Source: Parvularia atlantis (Eukaryota). From it: 41,278 bases of DNA. Made by a program: the position numbers and the translations under genes. The stretch covers positions 1 to 41,278 of the forward strand of contig CALSCO010000776.1 of assembly GCA_943704415.1 (NCBI GenBank), written 5' to 3'. Every line of letters starts with the position of its first letter. Position 1 is the stretch's first letter. Below are positions 20,469-30,138 of the stretch, one piece after another. The notes under the pieces were generated by a model. The model was not told where the DNA came from and ran no database searches. It worked only from the letters and a program-made list of their open reading frames with translations.

Positions 20469-22611
20469 ATGGCCGACGTGCTTCTGGCCGCGAGCGACGG
20501 CGGCGCGACCTCGCCCGACGACTTCTCGATTGCGGTCAAGGCGTACTCGGCCGCCGTCTTCCTCTTCACCTGGTGCGCCGTTGCGCCCGTTGCGCCTCTG
20601 CCTGACTCACGTTATCGAAGGATCCTCATCCTCCCGAGCGAGTGGGCGTGGTTCCCCGTCGGCCGGCCCGGCAGCGGCCTCGTCGGCGTGCGTCCGCTGC
20701 GCTGGGTCTGTTCGCGGCGCAAGGGGGTGATGAGGCGGCGCGGCAGGCGTGCCTCATGATGATCGGCGGCATCCTCACGTTTGCCAAGGCCATGGCCGTC
20801 GTCGGCGACAGCCTCGAGGTGACGCGCGCGCTGTGCGTGTGTGCGGGACCCGCAGACGGCTTACGCGGGCACACGTGCGCGCGCAGGTGCTGTGCCTGCT
20901 CTTTGGCCTGTTCATCATCGCCAACTTCCTGGCGCGCGAGGGCGTGTACGACTACATGGAGATGGTCTTCACCTGGCGCTGCTCGAACGCGTTCGACTTC
21001 ACGTTCCGCGTCGTGTTCATCTGCGGCATCCTCTCGGCGCTGATCACAAACGGTGCACGCTGCGGGTGCCGTCGGGGACGGCGCGCTGACAAAAAAGTGC
21101 GCGCAGACGCCGTGTGCATCTTCATCACGCCGCTCGTCGTGCGCATCTGCCACGACAAGGCCATCCCCTACGGCCCGCTCCTGCTCGCCCTCGGCACGTC
21201 GTCCAACATCGGCTCGGCCGCGACGATCACGGGCAACCCGCAGAACGGTGCGGCGACGGCGCCTGCATGGGCCGCGTTGCGCTCACGCCCGCGCGCCAGC
21301 GCTCATCGCGCTTTACGGCGGCATCAGCTACGTCGAGTTTGCACAGTACATGGTGCCAGTGTCGATCGTGGCGCTGGCCGTCAACTGCGTCTTCATCTGC
21401 CTGCAGTTTGGCCGCGACCTGCGCAACCGCCCGCTCAACAAGCTCTCGGCGTCGCTCTCCAGGCCGCTGCTGGGCACGTACTCGGACGAGGAGTCGCAGC
21501 GCCGGACGCAGGACGAGGGTACGGCGCTGGTGGCCTCGCCCGACATCCTCGACGAGAGCTCGCCGGCGACGCTCGCGCGGATCAACGACGAGGAAGACAT
21601 CGACGCCGCCAAGGCCGCCGCTGTCGCAGCGCCGACCCTCTGGCAGCGCCGGATGGCGACCGTGGCCAAGGTCCTGACGATTCTGTGCACCCTCGGCTGC
21701 TTCACGGCGTTCTTCGTCGGCGTGCCGATCGGCCAGGCCTCGCTCACGGGCGCCGTGGCCATCATCGCCGTGCAGGGCCTGTTCAACCGGCATAACCCGA
21801 AGCAGGAGCTGCTGGACGTGCGTCGAGCTGCCCCGCGCGCGTGCGGTCCGACCGCTCACTCGCGCGACGCCCCAGGTCGACTGGATGCTCATGATCTTCT
21901 TCAGCGGGCTGTTCATCACGGTCGAGGGCGTCGTCGCCACGGGCTACCCCGAGGTCCTGACCGACGCCATCTTCAGCGGCGTCGACCTGGCCTCGCCCGT
22001 CGGCTGCGTGCTCTACGTCATCGTCATCACGGTCGCGTCCAACATGCTCTCGAACGTGCGCGGGTTGTGGTGGCGCGTGTTGAGGCTGCTGACGAGCGCG
22101 CGCAGGTGCCGGCCGTGCTGCTCATCAAGCCGTTCATCAACAGCCTGCCCGACAACCTCAAGTTTGCCTACTGGGGTGCGCCCCGCTGCCGCCGCCGCTG
22201 CGCCGCGCTGTGCCGCTCACCCTCCACACGCAGTCATCGCTGCCTGGGTCACGACCGTCGGCGGCAACCTGACCATCATCGGCTCGGCCGCCAACATCAT
22301 CGTCGCTGAGGTGCGCTCGCGCGTGTGCGCTTGTCGCGTCGCCGGTGGCCTGACGCCGTCGTGAGCAGCGCGGGAAGGCGACCGGGGGCTACGAGATGAG
22401 TGCGTGTGCCCGTGGCGCGCTCGTTGGTGCAGCTGACCCGCCTTGTGTGTGCGCGCGCGCAGCATTCATGTACTTTTTCTACTACGGGTCGTGGACGACG
22501 ATCATCATCGTCACGCTGGTGCGCGCTCGCACGATGCGGCTGCGCGCGTGCTGACTGTGCCTCGCGCGCGCGCAGGGCACGATCCCGCTGTACGTGTTCC
22601 TGCTCGGCTGA
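20469..22611 (+). CDS. Lsi2: Lsi2-like silicon/arsenite efflux transporter (ArsB/CitMHS/NhaD ion-transporter superfamily)
   Basis: FPVGRPGSGLVG|ACLM; SALITN|DAVCIFITPLV; LLLALGTSSNIGSAATITGNPQN; VDWMLMIFFSGLFITVEG; SNMLSN|VPAVLLI; AWVTTVGGNLTIIGSAANIIVAE. These track plant Lsi2 motifs (LPIGRTAG; FTND; SSANIGSSATPIGNPQN; AWVSTVAGNL..GSAANLIV). TGA at 22609-22611. Confidence 0.85.
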
Positions 22612-22694
22612 GCCCGCCTGCGAGCGCTGCCTCTGTTCATGAGACATACAGCCCTGTGCTGGTGTGGAAACGCATTGCCGATCACAGCAGAAGG

Positions 22695-23478
22695 TCACTG
22701 CGCGCTGGTGATGGACGCAAGCTGGTCGCGGATCTTGCCGAGGCCGTCGAGCATCGTGTCGAGCGTCTCCTTGTTGAGCTCGAACGTGATGTGGCGCAGG
22801 GCCGGCATGGCGTCGGTCCGCCCGGGCGTCGCTTGGACCTGATTGGCGAGTGTTCATTGAGCGAGCGAGCGAGCGAGCGAGAAAGCGTGCGCGGAAAGGC
22901 AGCACCTTCATCTCCATCAGGATCGCGGGCTGGGCCATGCGCGAGAACGCGTCGGACGAGGTCTTGACGTCGACGCGCCAGTCGGTGCTGACGAGGCGCG
23001 GCAGGGCGATCTGCGCGGCGGCGGCGGTCTCGCGCCACTTTGGCATATTTTTGGCGATGATGGCCGCGATGAGCTGCTTCAGGTTCTTCTGCAACTCGGC
23101 CGGCAGCAGCTGCACGACCTCGGCCGCGGCCAGGTTCTCGAAGACGGCCTCCTCGGCGACGCGCGCGCAGGCGAGCATGAGCTGTGCGCGTGTCGGGCGT
23201 GTGAGCGAGCAGCGGCGGGCGGTGAGCGCGGCCGCGCACCGCCTGCGCCTGCGCCGGCGACGTCTCGAGCGCCTCGGCGAGCTTCTTGAGGATGGGCGCG
23301 GGGAAGACGGCGTCGCTGGGCGTGCCGCCGTGAGCGCGCAGCAGAGCAGCAGGGACGGGCAACGGCACCCGGGCCTGAGCGCCTGCGCGTTGCGGCCGTG
23401 CGCGTACGCCTGCAGGAAGACCTGCTCGACGAGCTCCTTGGACGGCGCCTTGAGCAGCGCTTCGAACTCGGCGGCCAT
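22695..23478 (-). CDS. COMMD9: COMM domain-containing protein 9
   Basis: LPRLVSTDWRVDVKTSSDAFSRMAQPAILMEMK|...FELNKETLDTMLDGLGKIRDQLASI, the characteristic COMMD9 C-terminal COMM domain. N-terminal ALLKAPSKELV. Confidence 0.92.
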
Positions 23479-23693
23479 CTGCGCGGCGCTGCGGTTGAGA
23501 GAGGCGCGAGAGTGAGAGAGAGGGCGACGGAGCGGGCCGCCGCCATCATGGCAAGCGATCAACCGGCGAGTGCCTGCGCGCAGGTGGGCAGCAGGCGCGT
23601 CTGGCCACCTGCCGGATCCGGCCTGGAGCATTTCGTCGTCCTTCGTCGTCGTCGTCGTCGTCCTTCCGCCGCCCCGCACCGACCGACGGAACC

Positions 23694-24653
23694 ATGGTGA
23701 GCACTCGCTGGCGCTGGGTGGGCGGGTGTGGGCCGGGGGCGACAGTGTGCGCGGGCGGCGTGGCGAGAGGGGCGAGGCGGCGTGGTAGTGTGGAGGGAAA
23801 GTGGTTGCTGGGGGGGCGCGCGCGGCGCCATCCCTCGCCGCTTGGCGCCATCCCTCGCCCGCTTACACGGTCGCGATCCCCCCGCGCTCGGCAGGCGTAC
23901 AGCGACAGCAAGATGCAGGGTGCGCGCGCGTGGCGCCCGCGTGGGGGGAGGGGCGTGGGGGAAAGGGCACGCCGCTCATCCTGCCGCTCCCGCCGCGCGC
24001 ACGCACGCCGCGCCCACCAGACTACAAGGACGCGTTCGGCGCGGTGAGCGAGGGCAACGACACGATCCCCGTGACCGAGCTGCCGTCGATGCTGCGCGCG
24101 TTCGGCTTCACGCTGACACAGAAGGACATGTTCAACATCGTCTCGCACTTTGGTCCGCACCGCGCCCTCGTGCCGCTCTCGACATCGCGCCACTCACGCG
24201 ACACGACGCGCGCGCCGCACAGGCAAGAAGGAGTTCACGTTCGACGACTTTGTCGGCGTGATCAAGAGCACGACGGGGAAGCGCAACAACCTCACAGACG
24301 AGGACGTGCAGGACGCGCTGTTCATCTACGACCGCGACGACTCGGGCCTCATGACCGTGAAGGAGCTCAAGCAGAGTGCGCTCTCTCGCGCGCGCGCACG
24401 CGCACGCTCGGGACCGCGAGCTCACACGGCGAACGCGCGCGCCGATGCAGTGCTCACGAGCGCCCCCGGCGAGCCCCTCTCCGACGCAGAGGTGCAGGAG
24501 CTCATCACCAAGCTCGACCTCACCAACGCGACGACGGTCAAGTACGACGGTGCGCGCGCGCACACCCCGCTGCCGTCCCGCCACTGCTACCGCTACCGCT
24601 CACATCCACCGCCAGACGTCGTCAAGTACATGTTCGCCAAGCGCCCGTTCTGA
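23694..24653 (+). CDS. Calmodulin-like / myosin light chain EF-hand protein (~150 aa)
   Basis: M|AYSDSKMQ|DYKDAF...ELPSMLRAFG...FTFDDFV...DVQDALFIYDRDDSGLMTVKELKQ|MLTSAPGEPLSDAEVQELI. Four-EF-hand layout with one canonical loop (DRDDSGLMTVKE). Confidence 0.8.
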
Positions 24654-24838
24654 GCGCGCGCACGCGCTGCTTACTCATGCACGACCATGCACCCGCGCGT
24701 GTCGCCCATACCTCTCCTTCTGTTTTCACGCACGTCCCCATCCCGCGCCCCCCATTTGACTCCCCCCGCTCCATGCCTGTGTCCGTGCCCCGTGCCGTCT
24801 CTCCGTTCGCGTGACACATGGCGACATAGCCGGGCTTT

Positions 24839-27258
24839 TCAGCGCATCGGCGCGCGGCCGCGGCCGGCCCCGCGCGGCGCGGGCGACTCGTCTTGCTTGC
24901 TCGCCGGGTTGCGGATCGTCTCGTCGACTGACAGGATCAGGCATGCGGCCTGGAGCGGGAGGGCGTGTGAGCACCCTCGGCGGTTCCGCCAAAAAAAAAT
25001 GCGCCGCACCTCCGTCGCCGACTGCAGATAGTTGATCTTGACGAGCGCCGGCTCCCACACGAACGCGTCGTAGTTGTTGGTGATCGTCTCGTTGTTGATG
25101 TCCACGCCCCACCACAGGCCCTCTGCCCGCGCGCGCGTGTGCGATCAGTCTGCGTATACGGATGCCGCTGCACCGCGCACCGTTCGACGCGTGCTTCTGG
25201 CGCAGCTTGTTGAGGATGTCGGTCGAGTCGAAGCCGGCGTTGTCGCACAGCTGGCGCGGGATAATCTCGAGTGACTGGAGGGCGCCCGCGGGTCAGGAGC
25301 CAGCAAGCAAAGTGCGTGACGGACGCACCTTGGCGAACGCCGACACGATCAGCTGTTGCTTGCCCTGGATCGTGCGGGCAAAGTCGCGCAGTTGCCTGCA
25401 CACACACACACACACACACCGCGCGCGTCAGACGGGCAGGGCACGTGCGCGGGCGGGGCGCACCGCGAGATGTCCATCTCGGTCGCGCCGCCGCCGGCCA
25501 CGACGTGCTGGTTCTTGAGCGCCCTCCGTACGATCATGATCGCGTCGTGCAGCGACCGCTCGACCTCCTGCACGCGTGCGCCAACGGCGTTGAGCACAGC
25601 ACGCGCACAGGCGCCCTCGCCGCACCTCGATGAACTGCTCCGCACCGCCGCGCAGCACAAACGTGCACGTCTTGGCTTTGGGGCAGCCCGAGAAGAGGTT
25701 GAAGCTGCGCCGGCGACGAGTCGTCAGCACGGACCAGCGGCGCGTGCATTCGCTCCGCGCACCGCTCGCCGCCGATCTGGCGCTCCTCAAACAGCGCGCA
25801 CGAGCCGAGGTGCTCGGGCTTGATACCGTTGACCGACGTCTGCGGCAGAGGCGGCGGTGAGCGGGCAGTCGGCTCCGCAAGCCCGCGGCGCGCACCTGCA
25901 CGCTGCCGCCCACGGCCTTGACCGTGCGCTGCAGGTCGTCCTCGGTCACGCGGCCGGCGCAGAAGATGTCGCGGTCGGCAAAGTATTGCGTGGCGAGGTC
26001 ACCGATGGCCAGCTGCCGCGGGGCGCCGTGCGTCAATGCCAGTGCGTGCGCGTGCGTGCGCGTGCGTGCCTTGGACAGGACGACCTTGGCGCCCGTCGCC
26101 ACGATCTTCTCGAGCTTCTCGTAGATGATCTTCCACTCGGCGTCGACGATCGACTGGTAATCCTCGACGCTGTCGACGCTGTGCGTGTGTGTCAGGCCAA
26201 GCATGTGCGGGATGTAAGGCGCGCCGCACCGGACTTCGGCGTTGTCGCGCTCGGCCTTGAGCTCGAGCTCGATGTTGAGGCAGATGATCTTGGGGTTCTC
26301 GAAGCGCTTGGGCTGCTGCTCAAAGCCCGCGTACGAGAACGTCTTCTTGAACGCGACACCCTCGATCAGCATCGTGTCCTCCATGCTGTGTCGCGTCATG
26401 CGCGCGTGCGTTTGGCGGGCGAGCACGGGCAAGGCGGGCAAGGCGTGGCGCGGCACCTGCCGCCGTTGATCTTCTTCATCCCGATCATCTTCTCGTTCAG
26501 GTCGTCGTCGAGCATGAGCACCGAGTTGACGACGAGCTTCTTGAAAAAGTCACTGCGGAGCGGAGCAGCGTGAGCCGGATGCGTGGCGCAGCAGCGACAC
26601 GCGCAGCGCGGCACCGATGCGTCGCGATCAGCTTCGAGTTCATCGCCGTCGCCGCGAGCTTCTCGAGCGTTTCCCTGAACTCGTTCGCGTTGGCCTGGCG
26701 CGCGCGCACGTGTGTGAATGCTGTGTCGAGAGGCGACGCGACGGGGAGAGGGGGCGCGCACCCGGTTGATGGGCACGGCGACCTGCTTGATGCGCTCCAC
26801 GGCGAGCTGCGCCGCCTTGCGCAGGCCTGTGGCACGCGCACGCTCATGGCGTCAGCACCGGACCGATGCCGATGCGGATGGTGCGCACCCTTGATGATGA
26901 CCTGCGGCGAGACGTTGTCCTCGACCAGCGGCTTGACCTCGCGCAGCAGCTCGCCCGCGAAGACGACGACCGAGGTCGTGCCGTCGCCGACCTCGGCGTC
27001 CTGGGCGCGGGCGATGTCGACGAGGGTCTTGGCGGCCGGGTGGACGATCTCGAGCAGCTTCATGATGGTCGCGCCGTCGTTGGAGATGGTCACGGCGCCG
27101 CGCGCGTCGACCATGAGCTTGTCCATCCCGCGCGGGCCCAGCGTCGACCTGACCGTGTCGGCCACGGCCTGGCACGCGTTGATGTTGGACACGAGCTGGC
27201 CCTTGCCCTGCGACTGGTCCGTGCCCTCGCGCAGGATGATGATCTGCGGCTGGATCAT
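24839..27258 (-). CDS. CCT7: T-complex protein 1 subunit eta (chaperonin CCT7)
   Basis: [32 protein letters not shown]...[10 protein letters not shown]...[13 protein letters not shown]...[15 protein letters not shown]...[14 protein letters not shown]...[15 protein letters not shown]. Confidence 0.96.
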
Positions 27259-27338
27259 GGCGAGCGAGGCGAGCGAGGCGAGCGAGGCGACGAGACGCGA
27301 CGAGACGCGACGAGAGGAGAAAGTGCGGCGCGTGGCGA

Positions 27339-27405
27339 CGGCCATGCTGCCGCCACTCCACGGCCATGCTGCCACCACTCCGCGGCCATGCCGCAGCCAT
27401 GCTGG
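27339..27405. repeat. 22-bp tandem repeat (CGGCCATGCTGCCRCCACTCCR) in the CCT7/PLEKHF divergent intergenic region
   Basis: Units at 27339-27360 and 27361-27382, followed by degenerate GCCATGC copies. Confidence 0.8.
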
Positions 27406-27530
27406 TGTCGCGCCACGCTGCACTTGCTCTGACTCACCGTGCAATAATGCTGCGCCAGAGAGGGCCGAAAGGGTGCCATGCTTGGAAGCGAGCGAGCCCA
27501 GCCAGGCGGGACAGTTCGCGCCCATACTGG

Positions 27531-28975
27531 ATGGCAGCCGTCGGGATCGCGCCGCCCGCGCCGCCCAGGACACGCGACGAGCACGGCCAGGCGCTGCCGC
27601 CGGCGACGTCGTTCGCGAACCTTCAGCACCTGTCGCGCATCGAGCAGGCGTGGAACCAGGTGCGACGGACGAGAGAGCGCAGACGCACCGCTGACTGAAG
27701 CTGTGAGCAGCGCCTGATGGCCGAGCCCGGGCGCGTGTTTGTGCGCGAGGGCGAGCTGCTCAAGGTGTGCCGCAAGGCCGACCAGCCGCGCTACGTGCGT
27801 CGCCTTCTAGCGGCGCTGTCGATGGGCCGTGTGACTGGGCCGCTGGCGCAGTTTGTGCTCTTCAACGACGTGCTGCTCTACGCCCAGTTCACCGTGCTCA
27901 CGCCGCCGGCCGTCGCGAGCACGGCATCGGGGGCGCGCGCTCGCCCGGTCGTGCGCCGCTTCCGCAACCAGCACACGCTGCCGCTGCACGACATGCTCGT
28001 CAAGTCGTCGACGCGCAAGCGTGCGTTCGGCCGATGTCGATGCACGGGCTCATGCGACGTGTGCTCCACAGCGCTCGCGATCGAGATCCGCACGAGCGGA
28101 AAGTCGTTTGTAGTCGTCGCGCCCGACGCCGACGAGCACGCAGACTGGCTGCGCAAGCTGCGGCACTACACCGGCAGCGACGGCACGCCGGGGCGTGTCG
28201 ATGCGCGCTTGCTGACGCCGATTGGCGCGTGCGCAGGGCAGTCGTCCTCGGGTCTGACGGCGCTGGCGCCGGTCTGGGTGCCGGACCATGCGGTGCGTTC
28301 ACGCAGCTGTGTGACTGCCGTCCCTGACGTCGCGGCAGGTGACCGTGTGCCAGCTGTGCGGTGTCGCGCGCTTCGCGCTGCTCAACCGCAAGCACCACTG
28401 CCGCTACTGCGGGCGCTGTGTCTGCGGCGCGTGCTCAGACAAGACGTGGCTGCTGCCGCGCATCGCCAGCTCGCCCGTGCGCGTCTGTCGCGAGTGCTTT
28501 GTCTGCCTCACTGCCGGGGTACGCATGGCGCGTTTCTGAATAGATAGGGAGGCTCACGGCCTTTGCGCAGGCGCCGCCGCGCTACCGACTGTCGACCGCG
28601 AGCAGTGACGCGCTCGAGGCCGCCGTACCGACCGCCGAGGACCCCGTCGACTCGAGCGACGACGAGGAGTTTGGTGCGCGTGCTTTGTCATTGAGTGGGC
28701 CGGCTCACGAGCGAGCAGTGGCCGAGGGCAATCCTTTCTACGACACGCGGCCCCGCAAACCAGCCGCGGCGAGCGCGTCCAGCGGCACCAGCGGGCCCAT
28801 CGGCGCGAGCGGGCCCATCGGCGCGAGCGTGTCAAACGGCGCAAGCCCTCTGACGATCGACTCGACGTCTGCAGCGAGCGTGGAGGTCGAGGCGGCCGCA
28901 ATCACAGCCGACACCGAGCCCGAGACCCAGCCGGTAGCCGACGCCGCACAAGAGGACGACAACCCGTTCTTGTAG
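27531..28975 (+). CDS. PLEKHF2: PH-FYVE protein (PLEKHF/phafin-like)
   Basis: N-terminal [14 protein letters not shown] domain [17 protein letters not shown]...[10 protein letters not shown]...KSFVVVA...EHADW; FYVE domain [16 protein letters not shown]...[18 protein letters not shown]...VRVCREC; acidic tail DSSDDEEF. Confidence 0.87.
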
Positions 28976-29006
28976 CACGCGACGCTGTACAAACACACGA
29001 ACGCGG

Positions 29007-29988
29007 TCATTTGAGCTTTGCCAGCCGCTCCATCATCCGCTGGCCCTCCTCGTCCTCTTCGTCCGTGACGGCCGCGCGCGAGGACGACGCGACACCCCTG
29101 GACGGCACCTTGGGCATCTGCGGCGGCCGGCAGGGGCGTTGAGCGAGCCGTCGCCCCATGCGCCACGCGCGACGCACCGCCGAACCGACGCTCACGCCGA
29201 TCTCATCCAGCACCTGGTTCATGATGTTGTCCGACTCCTCTTTATCGTCGCCGTCGTCCATCACGCCGTCGATCGTGTCGTTCACTGCGCCCCGGGACGC
29301 CTGAGCACGCTGTGGCGGCCGGCGCGCCGCCGCACGCACTCATCTCCTCAGTCATGTCGAGCTGCATGCTCTGCTTCGTGTACTGCTCCATGTCGCGGCT
29401 AACCTGTTGCGGGCTGATCACCTTGTTCATCGTGACCATGGCCTGCGCGCACACGCGCGCGCGTCACGCTCGCCGCGCAGCAGCAGCCGCACGTGCCTTG
29501 GTCGCGCCCTTCATCGCGTTACCCATCGTCACACCCGCCGCCACGGCCTTGCAACGGCGTCGTCAGACGCGCGCACGTGGGCGCGGCACTGGGACTCGCG
29601 CGCGCACCGACGTCTGATAGCCGACGCCGGCCACCTGCGCCTTGACCTTGAGGTTCTTGGCTTTCTGCTCGCGCAGGCGCATGAGCTGCTTGGCGAGCGT
29701 CTTAGCGCCGGCGGTGTTGCCCTTGCCGCGCGGATGGCCGTCAGCGTCATCGCGACGGGGCGGGCGTGGCACCTGCTTGGCCATCTTCTTGATGTCGTTG
29801 ACCAACTGCTGCTCCTGGCGGTCGAGCGCGGCGCGGTCGCGGTCCAGCTCGCGCTGCACCTTGCCTAGGTCGCGCCGCGTGTCGCGCATCTGCTCTGTTT
29901 GACCGGATGACGTGAGCGTGCGCGGCGTGCGCGGCGTGCGCGGCCGGGGCTCACGCTTCGGATCGGGCGCGCTCCCAAACAGGCTCAT
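29007..29988 (-). CDS. CHMP2B: ESCRT-III subunit CHMP2B/Vps2
   Basis: MSLFGSAPDPK|EQMR...RELDRDRAALDRQEQQLVNDIKKMAKQ|GN...KTLAKQLMRLREQK...MKGATK|AMVTMNK...MTEEM|VNDTID...EESDNIMNQVLDEIG; C-terminal MIM1-like MERLAKLK. Confidence 0.9.
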
Positions 29989-30138
29989 CGCGCACGTGTC
30001 CTGCTGTGGCTGCTGTGGCTGCGAGCGCGGTCAGAAGCAGGGCAACAAGCACAGCAGGCACAGCAGGTGCAGCAGCCCCCCACAATCTGTCATCTTTGTC
30101 GAATATCGAGCACACACAACAGCGGGACCCGCGCATTT

